Source: the human T2T-CHM13v2.0 reference genome, Homo sapiens
Assembly (NCBI RefSeq): GCF_009914755.1
Contig: NC_060936.1
DNA length: 64,000 nt
Direction: 5' to 3' (one strand)
A program made the translations under genes and the position numbers. Positions 19,907 through 38,399 of this stretch are shown here, one piece after another (position 1 is the stretch's first letter; each line of letters starts with the position of its first letter). The notes beneath the pieces were generated by a model, which was not told the origin of the DNA, ran no database searches, and saw only the letters and a program-made list of their open reading frames with translations.

Positions 19907-22880
19907 GTAAGAAAAAACGACGACCCTCTCTCCGTGAGTCTCACTGGGGTGCTGACCTAGAGTGAACCCTGCTTGCTTAGGGCTCCTGACCCAGCGCTTG
20001 TCCTTTCTCAGGGTGGATGGGGCGAGACCCCTGCTGGGATAAATGTTTTCCCTGGGGCAAGGGCTGTGCACTTCGCAGCTGCTGGGTCCCCTCCCTAGGA
20101 TCCAGGGAGACACTCACTACTCCTCTCCATTCTGTGTTTTAGATGCCAGCTGCATGAGAAAAGGGACTCACCTTCTGGTTCCCTGCCTGGAAGAGGAAGA
20201 GCTGGCATTGCACAGGAGACGGCTGGACATGTCTGAGGCACTGCCCTGCCCGGGCAAGGAGACCCCCACCCCAGGCTGCAGGCTGGGGGCCCTGTATTGG
20301 GCCTGTGTCCACAATGATCCCACCCAGCTCCAAGCCATACTGGATGGTGGGGTCTCCCCAGAGGAGGCCACCCAGGTGGACAGCAATGGGAGGGTGAGAT
20401 GTCCTGGCTTCCCAGAACAGCTGGGGGCATCTTTGCATCCCCACCACACCGTCCTGGCCTGGCTCCCTGAGAGGGGTTCAGGGGCAATACCTCCTGCAGT
20501 CCTAAGGAGGAAGGGAATGGTTAAGGGCGGGTCTTCACGGGGTTTGGGGCAGGCTCTGGGACAGATATGGGTTTAGAGGGTGCAAGGGGCCCTGGAGTGG
20601 CCCAGGGGGAAAGCAGGGGATCTGAGCTGCCCCTCCCTCAGACAGGCCTCATGGTCGCATGCTACCACGGCTTCCAGAGTGTTGTGGCCCTGCTCAGCCA
20701 CTGTCCTTTCCTTGATGTGAACCAGCAGGACAAAGGAGGGGACACGGCCCTCATGTTGGCTGCCCAAGCAGGTGTGAGGCTGCTGCACCCCACTTCCGAC
20801 AGCCCCCTTTTGATGCAGACAGGGCCTCAGCCCCACCCTTGTTGCACGGTGTTCTACACCAGACTCTGTCATGCTGGGTGGAGGGCGGTTTGGGAGCTTC
20901 ATCACCCCCTTTCCTGGGGACCAAGCTTACCCTTGCTGCCCTGCAGGCCACGTGCCTCTAGTGAGTCTCCTGCTCAACTACTATGTGGGCCTGGACCTGG
21001 AACGCCGGGACCAGCGGGGGCTCACGGCGTTAATGAAGGCTGCCATGCGGAACCGCTGTGAGTGCGTGGCCACCCTCCTCATGGCAGGTGTGCGGGGCCT
21101 GGACCGGGGTGTGTGGCCTCCAGTCCCTCCTCCAAGCCTTCCCACCAGACACTAAGTCAGCTGTGATTATTTGCAGAAAGGAGAGAGGTGGAGATGGGGG
21201 ATCAATCTAGTTCACCTTCCTGGAGGGGGGGGCACATGATTTGGGCTTCGTACAATCAACCAAGTCCTGCTATTGATAGCTCAGACATTGTGTGTGGAGG
21301 TCCCAGGAAGGAAATTGTGGGAGGGGAACCTAGCCCAGCTGGAAAATCTAACACGAAAAAAGGCTGGCATCTGGAACCAGCCCCTGTTCCTAGCTGAGTG
21401 GCTTCCCTCTTTGGGCCTCACCAGTATTGTGAGGGTGTTAGCTTTCCCTGGGACTACCTCCAACTCTGACAAGCCAGGCTTCCAGGGGATCCAGGGAAGT
21501 GTCGTTGAGGCCTGTGGCTCTGTGGGGTCGTTCAGGGGGAGGTGCGGTGAAGTCCACATTGTCCATGGAGTTGTTTGGGGGCCCTTCTTCCCCGCAGTGG
21601 GGCTGCCCTCTGCTGGTCACTCTGGGGGACCCCTGCCTCCATTTTTCCCTTCCCCACACACCCCACTGGGTTTGGAGTGAAAAAGGAGTGAATGAAAAAG
21701 GAGGGCGCTCTACACCCTTTCTTTTGTCTTAGAGTGACTGCTCCTCCCACAACCCCAAGATGGGAGAGGGAGATGGTGAGAAGAGAAGAACCAGGAGAGG
21801 GAACCAGCCGATCATCCCCACCCACCTGCCCCAGAGGGTGCAGCTCAGGCCTCTGCCTGTCCTGGGCAGCCTGCACCGCTGCTCTGCTCAGCTCCTTGGA
21901 TTGAGGAGATCCCTATTCTGCCCTAGGTGGAGCCCCACAATAGGTCTCTCTGAAGTCTTTTCCCCTCTCTGGACCTAAGTGTCTTAATCTCTCTTAAACA
22001 GGAGGTTGCAACACTGGCCTCCCCGATTCCACCTTCAACAGGATGGGACTCTATGGCTTCGAATGTAACCCACATCAGTCTTGCTCCTAAAGAATCTGCC
22101 CTTCCACAAATCACCAACCCCTATCCCGCCCCATGTCACCCCCTGTGCTCCTTCCCAGGTGCTGACCTGACAGCAGTGGACCCTGTTCGGGGCAAGACGG
22201 CCCTGGAATGGGCAGTGCTGACCGACAGCTTCGACACCGTGTGGAGGATTCGGCAGCTGCTGAGGCGGCCCCAAGTGGAGCAGCTTAGCCAGCACTACAA
22301 GCCCGAGTGGCCGGCCTTGTCCGGGCTCGTGGCCCAGGCCCAGGCCCAGGCCCAGGTTGCCCCTTCACTCCTAGAACGGCTGCAGGCTACCTTGAGCCTC
22401 CCCTTTGCCCTGTCTCCTCAGGAGGGGGGTGTTCTGGACCACCTTGTGACTGCCACAACCAGCCTGGCCAGTCCCTTCGTCACCACTGCCTGCCACACTC
22501 TGTGCCCTGACCATCCACCTTCGCTGGGCACCCGAAGCAAGTCCGTGCCAGAGCTGTTAGGTACTGCCCCGCCCCCTCCCCTGGTTCCCCAGTCCCCGCC
22601 AGGGAGTCCCCAGAGGTCCCCGTGGGTCTTCGTCCCCTACCAGAGCCCTCAGGGCATATTGAGCAAGTGCCTTCAGTGGCTACAACCCAGGGATAGCACC
22701 AGCCCCAGGCCCCAAGTCCCCAAGATCCTCCTCTCCAAGGCATCCTCATCCTCCCACCAGTGCCAGCCGAAGCCCAGTCCTTCAGGACACCAAAGTCTGG
22801 CCCTTCCTCTCTGGCGATACCAGGAGCTCAGGATAGAGAAGAGGAAACAGGAGGAGGAGGCCAGAATGGCACAGAAGTAG
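19762..22880 (+). CDS. ANKRD33: Ankyrin repeat domain 33 (PANKY); spliced CDS join(19762..19906,20143..20393,20642..20771,20947..21057,22159..22880) = 452 aa
   Basis: All introns are GT-AG with consistent phases; the total of 1359 nt is 452 aa plus stop. Ankyrin motifs ([42 protein letters not shown]) match the recalled ANKRD33 protein. Confidence 0.95.
20143..20393 (+). CDS. ANKRD33: ANKRD33 coding exon 2
   Basis: Acceptor ttttag; donor AGG|GTGAGA; encodes ASCMRKG...DSNGR. Confidence 0.9.
20642..20771 (+). CDS. ANKRD33: ANKRD33 coding exon 3
   Basis: Acceptor cctcag; donor CAG|GTGTGA; encodes [10 protein letters not shown]...MLAAQA. Confidence 0.92.
20947..21087 (+). CDS. ANKRD33: ANKRD33 coding exon 4 (alternative donors after 21057 and 21087)
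   Basis: Acceptor ctgcag; encodes [10 protein letters not shown]...MRNRC(ECVATLLMA); two in-phase donors 30 nt apart. Confidence 0.92.
22159..22880 (+). CDS. ANKRD33: ANKRD33 terminal coding exon
   Basis: Acceptor ttcccag; encodes [18 protein letters not shown]...[12 protein letters not shown] at 22878-22880. Confidence 0.93.
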
Positions 22881-23004
22881 GGGAAGATGGGATAGGACAG
22901 GCTGGGAACAGGTAATCAGGCCCCTCCCAGGGCTTCTTTCCCCTCTGGAGTGCCTCCGGCCTCCCCATCCACCTCTGCCTAAGTAAATCTGCTCTCAACC
23001 TATA

Positions 23005-23270
23005 TATATACAAGGTCATTCATTCTAGCATTGTTTGCAAGAGTGAAAGAGTGGAAACACCCGAAGTGTCCATCAGTAAGGGACAGGCTAGATTGATTAC
23101 GGATGTAATTGCTGTCCATCCATACAGAGCATACTCTACAGTGTATTCTAAAATAAGACTAAGGAAGCTGTTTATATTCTGATATGAAACTACCATCAAG
23201 ATGTATAAAGTAAAAATAACTAAGGAGTGGAACAGTGTATATGGCATATTATTATTTGTCGAAGTAAAAT
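23005..23270 (+). mobile_element. Old L1 (L1M-type) 3' fragment in or near the ANKRD33 3' UTR
   Basis: cattctagcattgtttgcaagagtgaaagagtggaaacacccgaagtgtccatcag is typical L1 3'-end sequence. Confidence 0.6.
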
Positions 23271-24044
23271 TTTCACGAAGATAAACATGACTAAGACAAA
23301 TATATAGCGAGTACTAAGATTTATTTAACTACTTAATGAGTGAACCAGCAGGATAGATCAAAAAAAAAAAAAAGAAAAGAAAAGCCATTATTGACAATCA
23401 GTGAAAAAATGAATGCTAGAATAAGATTGCAAAGTTAGACACAAAAAAGTTAATTGACACCTGGCAATAAAGCCATAACCATTTTTATTTTTTTCTACTA
23501 GACCAAAATAATTTGCCACTTATCAATCTTTAACAGGTTAATCTGTCTTTTTAGAGAGCCTGGGTCCTTATCAATAGTAAATATTAATAGCATGTCAAAC
23601 AAAGTTAACTTCCCCTAGATGACCCATAGGTGGGGTTATTAGCCAATGATCTAAAATATATTTGAAAGGGCACTAACTTTATTTTTTGGCCTTATTTACA
23701 AGTTTTGGATATTTTTCTCAAACTTTTGTTGTGTAAATATATTTGCTTGTATGTTTATAATAATGATAGCAACTACTTAGAAGGTGCTTACTATTTATAG
23801 TAACACATTTAACCCTTCCAGTAATCCTGAGGATTTTATCTTTGAGGATATGAGGCACAGAGAAGCTAAGGAATTGCCTAGGTCCCACAGCTAGACACTG
23901 GCAGGGCTCAAGATTGAGATCTAGCCATCCAGTGTGGCCTCCAGGCTTTAACGCTAACCCCCAATGCGGTACTGGAGCATCCCTGGGAAGAACACAGTAG
24001 TGTTCTCCAGAAAAGGACTGAACAGATTTATTCAGATTTCCTTA

Positions 24045-26388
<2,344 letters not shown>

Positions 26389-29300
26389 TAAAGTTTAGGC
26401 AACTTGCCCAATGTCACCAATTGGTAAGTGGCAAAGCAGTGCTTGGAGCTCAAGTCTGTGAGATTCCAAAGCCTGCGCTCATTCCACTGTAGCACATGGC
26501 ATCTGCTTGCAGCCAGGGAGGATTAAACTTTGAGCCTCTGATTCTTTGAGCCTCTCCCTCCACCTCCAACCTGCTCAGGGACGACTACTGTACCTTCAAG
26601 GCCAGGGAACTAGCCCTCTGTGGTTCCCTAGGCCCCTCTGTCCTGGCCGTGGTGGATCTGGTGGAACCCACATTAATGCCTGGGTTCCAGGTTGGAGCAT
26701 GTTTTCCAGCAGAGGGAGCCTCTCTGCCTTGGAGAAGACCCACCCTTCCAATCCCTGGCCATCTCCAGGACAGCTAGAGTCCCCGGACTTCACTCTAGCA
26801 ACTCCCCCTCCCATGCCAAGCCATTTCTCTCTAATCCTCTAATAGGTCCTGACAATAGCCTTCCCTCCCCCTCCCAGAACCCTTTCAGGCTGATCAGAGA
26901 GAGAGAAGCCTTGAGGCCTGGAGTTGCTGTGGCCTGTGCCTCCCAAAGTCAACCTCTCCTCTAATATCCCTGCCTCCCCCTCCCTCATCACAGCTCCTGA
27001 GGCTTCCGAACTCAGTCCCTGTCAGCAGAGGCCAAGAAATCCATAGTGAGGCCCCTGGCTGTGCAGAATGCAGGCACGGCAAAGCCTTTGGAGTCAGACA
27101 GACCTGGGTTTCAGTCCTGGCTCTGCCTCTCCCAACCTGAGTCACCTCATGTGTAACATCAAATGATGAGACCACAATTGCTGCCACCCAGGGCTGTCTG
27201 TAGCCCAAGCAGTGAGGGGTCTGAGAGGCATTGGGCACCGCCTGGCACATGGTCAGGGCATGGTGGGTCAACAGCAGCCTGGGATTGTACCTGAGCAGCA
27301 GTGAGTAAGGGAACAGCCCAGGGTGCAGCTACATGGAGGAGGCTGGCGGATGTGCCCTTGAGGCCCCATGGCCTCCCCTGTGATTCTAGGAAACTATTCT
27401 GGTGGCCCAGGAAATGAAAACACACATCTCTGCATCCCCCACCCTAGGCCCACTCCCAGCCCACCTCATCACCACAGTGCTGGCGGCTGGAGGAGCTGCT
27501 CCCGGAGTGTACACATGTACACCCTCCACCTGGAAGGCAGAGGGCTCCTATACCTGGGACTGCAGAGTTGGCTGTCCCGACACACACTGGGATGTCAGCC
27601 AGGCTTGTGTGGACTCCTGGGGAAGCCTACTCACTCCCGTGTGGGCAGGGACCATGTCTGTGTCCCTAGCCTCTGGCTCAGCATGGAACCCATCCCAGGC
27701 TCAAAACATGTGCATAGGGAAGAACCTTGTTCAGGCTCCTCTAAGGTCCTGGATGCTCAGGGGGTCCTTTATCATCTCCCTCCTTCTCTCAGGGGCCGCT
27801 CTTATCCATGGACTGGCAGTGGGCATTCCAGGGCATGCCCCAGGAAACCCCTTGCCAGGAAAAGGCAAGGGAGTACATATATGTAGGGAGGACAGAGGAC
27901 AGATGGGGACTCACTGGTCTGTGTCCTCTTTTCTCCATACTGGGGAACCTGGACAGGATGCCCCCTCTCCAGCAGTCACACTTTCCAAGTGGTTGGGACC
28001 ACACATGCGTCTTCTACCACATCAACCACCAGGCCAGCCACACCCTTACCCTGGCCCGTCTGGACCTTCCACCTATCAGATCTCAGCTGGTCACACCGAG
28101 AGAGACCTAATTGGCCACAGCTCACACAGAAGTTTACATCTGCTCTCCTCTCTCCTTTCCCACAGGGAGACCTTTTCATCCCTAAGGAAAATACCCAGAT
28201 CTGAAGGAGAGGGCTTGAGGACAAGGTTTAGGCCCTCCTCAACACCCCAGCTCCTGCCAACTTCTACTCCAGATGGTTAGAGAGACACATGCAGACAAGC
28301 CATCAGCAACGGGCTTAGAGGCACAGACATCTACACAGGCCCATTGGCCCACAAACACCCAGTTGCACGTAACGAGGCTTCACATGCAGGCACACATATA
28401 CACACTTGTTCACACAGGTGCACAAACACTCACTGACCAGGAAAAAATAAAAACAGGGCCCCCTTTTCCCTAGATTCCTGACCCATGCCCTGCTCTGCCC
28501 CCTCTGCCCCACAACACCGCATCCATTGCCCCAGCCATCCAGCTCCAAAAATTGCCTGTGTGACTGGTTGGAGTTTCATGGTCCATCTATCTGAGCAGGA
28601 ATTGGGGTGCTAGGGGGGCCCAGGCCCTGCCTTTAAGTCCTCCCTTCAGAGCTTGGTGTCCTCCTTAACTGTGAAAGGCCATGATCCCTCCAAGGGAGAG
28701 GAGAGCAGTGAGCAGGTCTAAACCTCACTCCTTATTTGTTCCTGTTTACTCCAGACCCGCCTTGGATACCCCGACCCCTATTTCCTACATCCATGCCAGT
28801 GCCCTGCTTTTGGGGGACAAGGGGCAGAAGCCTGTGGATTTGGGGGTCCTGGAAATAAGCATTCACCTGAGGGCCCTCAGTCCCAGGCCTTCTGGTCCTG
28901 AGAAGGGCAGAGCCTGGGCACGGATGCTGGAGGGGTGGGAACGGGGCAGAATTTATGGCATTTCCCCTCCAGCTGGAAACAAAGGCAGATTCCTGTGTCC
29001 AGCATGAGCAATCCGGTCCCACCCACCAGAGTGGCTGGAGCTGAAGGAAATCCCGCTGGCTCTGACCTCTCCCAGACGTGCAGCCCCACTTCCAAACATT
29101 CTCTCTCAGCCGGGGCCATTACCTACTCTCAGATACTGGGGATCTTTTCTGGTCCACACTGGGGATGGTCACCTTAATGCCTCAAACTCTCTCCCCATGC
29201 AGTAAGGGTTCTCTCAACACCACCCAAGAGCCTGCCAGGCTCCCACCCCCTTGCCAGTCAACTCTGCCCTTCCTCATCCAAGCAAACTCAGACCTTGCTG

Positions 29301-29599
29301 TTCATTGGAATGGGGAAGTCTTGATGTCTCCAGGACCTCCTATGCCATCTGGAATGCTCAGCACAGCCGTCAGAGCATCTCCACCTTCAGGAGTTCCAGC
29401 TGAACACCCCCCATAACAAGATGGTTCATCTTAGATGATTGACATGTCTTCCCTCATTGCAGCTCAGGGAAGAGCAGGGTGCCGCTATCCTCAATCAGTA
29501 CAGTCAAGAGATACTTTCTAATACCATAAATAGGAACTAGAGGTTGGGCTATATTACTTAAATTTATACAATAATAATATAATGATCAATAATTAGAGG

Positions 29600-29867
<268 letters not shown>

Positions 29868-31314
29868 TAGAGAGAGACAACCTAAATGGCCTAAATCCTG
29901 AACCTTTTAAATCTAGAGATAGCAGTGTACACATATTACTGAGGGTTTGTTGAAGTAAATGTCAGAAAAACTAGTATTTGGAACTTTGAGACAAGGGTTG
30001 GCCCTAGCAATGCGGTCTGGGGATGGGTACGGTTGCTTCTCATTATAAACTCTTCTGCAAAGTTGTATTTATTTTACCCTGAACTTATTTGGGATTCTTT
30101 TAATTTTTTTTCAAAACAGCTGCCTCCTCCTTTGCAGCCTCTTCAGGGGCTATATTCATCTGTATCATAACCTCTCATGCAGCCAGTAGTAGAAAAGGCA
30201 ATATGTATTATTCGTCTTTGAGCAGACAAGGAAATAGAGGCTCCTCCACTGTGTATGGCCAAGCCTCAGGTCTCCTGACTCCTGGTTCAGTGCCCTTCCT
30301 CCTATCCCACACCTCTGCCCCTCCTTCCACACAAACCAGTGTCCCTGTGGGTTTTACAGCCGGCTGGTTAAGGGCTTTTGCACATAGTTTGCTTAGTTTG
30401 AGAATGTGGTAGAGAAGGAATTATCAACCCTTTCCTACAGGAATGAAAACTGAGGCTCACACACAGGTTTTCCAACTCCAAGTCTGAGCTCTTTCCACTA
30501 ACTCTCCTCTTCCTCAGTGCTGAGGCCAATTTGGAGGGTGACAGTTACAGCCTATGGGAAGCCTGCAGGGAGGGGCAATGCACAGCTCACTGCACTGCCA
30601 GGCAGGCAGCGCTAAAACAGCTTCTCCACAGAGACCAGGCTTCAGGCCCACCCACCTCCATGCCATCATGTGGACACCGTCCAACCTTAAGACTCTGCTG
30701 CCCTGACGTGGCATCCCTTCCTCAAGAGGTTCCATCCTGAGAAGAGTCATCCTGAGGGCGGGGGGTGGGCGGGGAGTGGACGAGACCATCTGGAGGAGAT
30801 CTGGAAGAGCTGGAGAGGAAGAGGAAGATGACTTGGCGGCTCAAAGTCTGGGAATCTACCAGCCTCTTCCTGAGTCTCGGGGCAGAACTCTGGCTACCCC
30901 GCATCCTCCCCAAACCTAGGCACCAGCCAAACTGTCTTTTTTACCTGAGTTCTAGTGACCAGTTCTGGGACCGGGTAGTATTCCCGAATCTTAGAGCCAA
31001 AAGAGAGCATATAAGGCAGGCAAGGACCTTCAGGATTGTCTGGTCGAAACCTCTCAGTGTACAGAGGAGGAAACTGAGGCCCAGATAAATGATTCGGGCC
31101 TGGAACCCAGGCCCCACGTCCCACAGTTTATGCTCTTTCAGGACACCATCATGCTTTCTGCCCTGAGCTAAAGAAGACCTAGAGAAGTCATTTCTTCTCC
31201 CTTTTCCTCCAGGCAAAACCCAGACTCCATTTGCCCACAAAACTGGTCACTCTCCTATGTGTTGAAGAGATGGATAAATGGAATTTGCAGACATCTGTCC
31301 CACTTCTCCCCTAA

Positions 31315-31738
<424 letters not shown>

Positions 31739-31846
31739 CTAGGTTGTCTCATATAATTCTCCCACCCTGCAATTTCAATGGAGCAAAGCCCATCTCATGC
31801 CCTGCTAGTTTTCCTCCCTTGCTGTTTCTCCTTACCCTCCCTGGTG

Positions 31847-31930
31847 CAGAACCAGCTGTATAATTTGTGAGGCCCATTGCTGAATGAAAATGCTGAGCCC
31901 TTTGTTCAAACATCATTAAGAATATTAAGA
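31847..31930 (-). mobile_element. MER45A hAT element, first half (split by the FLNB retrocopy)
   Basis: cagaaccagctgtataatttgtgaggccca...ttgttcaaacatcattaagaat matches one half of the recalled MER45A consensus. Confidence 0.7.
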
Positions 31931-32913
31931 GGCGGCTCAGCACGCAGGCGCAGGGCCAGGCGCCTCCCGCGGCCAGGGGCGGGCAGCCGCAGAGCAGCAC
32001 GCTGGGCCTTGGCTCCGGTAGCAGCAAGTTCGAACCCCGCTCCCGCTCCGCTTCGGTTCTCGCTCCTCGGCCCTTGGGCCTCCAAACACCATTTCCTGGC
32101 AGTTCGTTGCGCATTGCGCTCTCCCCGCCACCAGGATGCCAGTGACCAAGAAGGATCTGGCGGAGGACGCGCCGTGGAAGAAGATCCAGCAGAAGACGTT
32201 CACAAGCTGGTGCCACGAGCACCTCAAGTGCGTGAACAAACGGCATTGGCGCTGACCTGAGCGACGGGCTGCCGCCCATTGCGCTGCTCGAGGTGCTCAG
32301 CCAGAAGCACATGTACCTCAAGTACCATCAGCGGCCCACCTTTCGCCAGATGCAGCTCAAGAACGTGTCCGTGGCGCTCGAGTTCCTGGACCGTGACAGC
32401 ATCAAGCTCGTGTCCATCGATAGCAAAGCCACTGTGGATGGGAACCTGAAGCTCATCTTGGGTCTGGTGTGGACGCTGATCCTCCGCTACTCCATCTCCA
32501 CGCCCGTGTGTGAGGATGAAGGGGATGATGATGCCAAGAAGCAGATGCGGAAGCAGAGGCTGCTGGGGTGGATTCAGAACAAGGTCCCCTACTTGCCCAT
32601 CACCAACTTTAGCCAGAACTGGCAAGACAGCAAAGCCCTGAGAGCCCTGGTAGACAGCTGTGCTCCAGGTCTGTGCCCAGACTGGGAATCCTGGCACCCA
32701 CAGAAACCTGTGGATAACGCAGGAGAAGCCATGCAGCAGGCAGATGATGGCTGGGTGTCCCACAGGTCACCACTCCTGAAGAAACCATTCACCCGGATGT
32801 GGACGAACACTCAGTTATGACTTACCTATCCCAGTTCCCCAAAGCCAAGCTCAAGCCAGGGGCGCCTCTCAAACCCAAACTCAACCCGAAGAAAGCCAGG
32901 GCCTATGGCAGAG
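31931..32913 (+). pseudogene. Processed pseudogene of filamin B (FLNB): 5' UTR plus spliced exons 1-4 (actin-binding CH1/CH2 domain)
   Basis: Intronless. ATG at 32136 reads [22 protein letters not shown]; continues ...[21 protein letters not shown]...[12 protein letters not shown] with FLNB-specific residues and the FLNB 5' UTR. A frameshift gives TGA at 32253-55, and a second 1-nt deletion lies near 32748. Confidence 0.95.
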
Positions 32914-36082
<3,169 letters not shown>

Positions 36083-36178
36083 ATCATTAAGAATTTTAAG
36101 ATGGCAATGACAGCGCATTAAACCAAGCATGGGGCCCTGTGCATCTGCACAGGTCACACTCCCATGAAGCCAGCCCCG
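36083..36178 (-). mobile_element. MER45A hAT element, second half
   Basis: atcattaagaattttaagatggcaatgacagcgcattaaaccaagcatggggccctgtgc...cccatgaagccagccccg continues the consensus exactly where the left half stops. Confidence 0.7.
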
Positions 36179-36203
36179 CACTAGTATCAAGAGTGATGTT
36201 TGA

Positions 36204-36483
36204 GTCTGGGTGGGGTGGCTTATGCCTGTAATCTCAGCACTTTGGGAGGCTGAGTGGGTGGATCAGCTGAGGTCAGGAGTTCGAGACCAGCCTGTACAAC
36301 ATGGTGAAACCCCGTCTCTACTAAAAATACAAACATTAGCCAGGCGTGGAGGCACGCATCTGTAATCCCAGCTACTTGGGAGACTGAGGCAGGAGAATCA
36401 CTTGAACCTGGGAGGCAGACCTGAGATCACGCAACTGCACTCCAGCCTGGGCGACACTGTGAGACTCCATCTCAAAAAAAAAA
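36204..36483 (+). mobile_element. AluS
   Basis: Alu consensus, A tail. Confidence 0.85.
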
Positions 36484-38399
36484 GAATGATGCTTGAACTT
36501 AATACTCATAGCTGGTCCTGAAAGGTGAAGGTGTCCATTGCCCTGCCTTCCTGACAGACTCCATGTCACCCACCTTCCACAGATGAGAATCTGCTTGAGG
36601 TTTCACCCCACACAGAATCTCCAGGCCTCTGCTTCCTGCAGTGTTGGGAAATCCTTCTGAGTATCTAAATCTAAATCTTTGTCCTTTGGGCCTGTTTCCT
36701 CTTGTTCTGTCCTCACTGAATATGGGGAACAGCTGGTCCCTCTGAGTAATTAATTCTTGTAGACTTGGACACAGTCTGTAATTCCTTTTCCCTTTTCTCA
36801 TTGGGATGACTCTCCAGGGCTTTCTCCAACTCTGGATCTCCAACTCTGACACCTCCCCCAGGTTCTCTGTGTGCTTTGGAAGGCATGGGGTTCACAAGAG
36901 CCCCAAAGAGCACCAGTCAGGGGCCAGAGGGCTCAGTGCTCTGGGGAGATGGGGAAGATTCCAGCACTGATGAACAGACTCCAGCCCCCCCTGGGTCCTC
37001 TCTTCCAGCTCCCAAAATGTACTCTATTTTTATCTGTTTCACGAACTCTGGTCCAGATAGTCTTCCATCCCCCACTGACTGTTAGAAGTGACTCTCAGCT
37101 TTTGTCCATCTCGAAGTTTCTGTGCTCAGTGTGCCTCTCAGACTAAAGGCTTCCTTTGGGAAGCCCCGACTCTCGCTTCTCAGGACAGAGATCCAGGGGT
37201 TGGGGGAGGAAAAGGTTGACCAGAAGCCATAGCGGAGCAGGGAGAGAGAGTGTGAAAGACAGACCCGCGGCCAGGCTCCCAGTTCTCCAGCTCGTAGAGG
37301 GCCCAAGTGGCCGCTATAATCTGAAAGAGCAGATATCGTAATCCCATAGTACTTCCTATTGGCTGCAGGACACAGTTCTGTCCTGACACTGAAATTTGGG
37401 TGTGTCAGGGTTCTGGGAATTCACAACGCTCACAACTTGTGAAGCAGCTGTGGGGTGGGGGATGGGGAGGGTTTCAGCAGAGGAAGTGAGGTCAGTCAAT
37501 AATTGATGCCTGTCTGAGCTTTTAGCCATTATCTCCCCCAGCCTCTATTCCTGTCAAAAGGTGGGGCGGGGCAGGAGGAGGGGTCCCTGGCTCATCTTGT
37601 AGAATCCCCATATTAGAGTAAGACACCTTAGAGGTCTACTCCTGCTTCTAATACCCACGTCTTTCCAAGTGTCTCTGAGGCCACCCCCTCCCCAGCCTTT
37701 TCATTTATTCATTTAATTAACGAACGCCTTCATTGAGGGCCTCCTCTGAGTCAGGCTCAGCCAGCCAGCATCTTTGCTATGAGCTGAGATAAGCATCATT
37801 TCCGTCTATTCTCACAACCACCCTATGAGGCTGGCACGGTTTACTATGCCTATTTAGCAGATGGGGGACTGAAGCATGGAGAGGTGTCACTAGCCTACGG
37901 TAACACAACCAGCCTGCATTCCTAGTAGGTAGTTTGACTTCAGAGTCTCTGTGGATAACCAGGAGGCTAGGACTAAGACCAGAGTCCTGCAGGTACTTAG
38001 ATGGTTGGAGCAAAGCAGGGCAGTGAGGTCAGTGCTCCCAGCCTGTGCAGGAGCATCAGGAAGAGTCTGTGTCCCCCTCCCCTGCCGGTATGAAGCCATT
38101 CTGCTTCCCTCCCCAGCTGCCTTGTGTCAGCAGAGTTCCAGGGAGGCTCCATTCCCCACCTCTATCTAAAGCTCCATTTGCTGGGGTGGGGGCCCTGCCT
38201 GGAAGGGGAAGGTCCAAGGCTGCTCCCAGCGTGTCCCTCCATCCTGACTGTCCCTGGCGGGGCGGGGGTGTCTTTGTCACCCAGCTGCACAACGGCCAGG
38301 AAGGGCTCAAACCATCCTCAGGGCTAACCCAAGGCCGTCCTCTGGGCCTGTATACCCCTGTGCTGAGTGCGGATCGGGAGAGGCTGCTGAAGACAGGAG

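Noticed and set aside
22053-22158. N-terminal part of the 275-aa ORF as an independent ANKRD33 start
   Set aside because: Best explained as intron 4 happening to be open in frame before the acceptor at 22158; no independent support for initiation here.
27402-28280. 292-aa ORF on the + strand
   Set aside because: No recognisable domain or family, no evident exon structure, and low-information composition. Probably a chance ORF in GC-rich unique DNA; a homology or PhyloCSF search would be needed to revive it.
32293-32820. 175-aa filamin-like ORF as a functional gene
   Set aside because: Internal fragment of the FLNB retrocopy. It is out of frame with the true ATG, which hits a stop at 32253, and it ends in frameshifted sequence.
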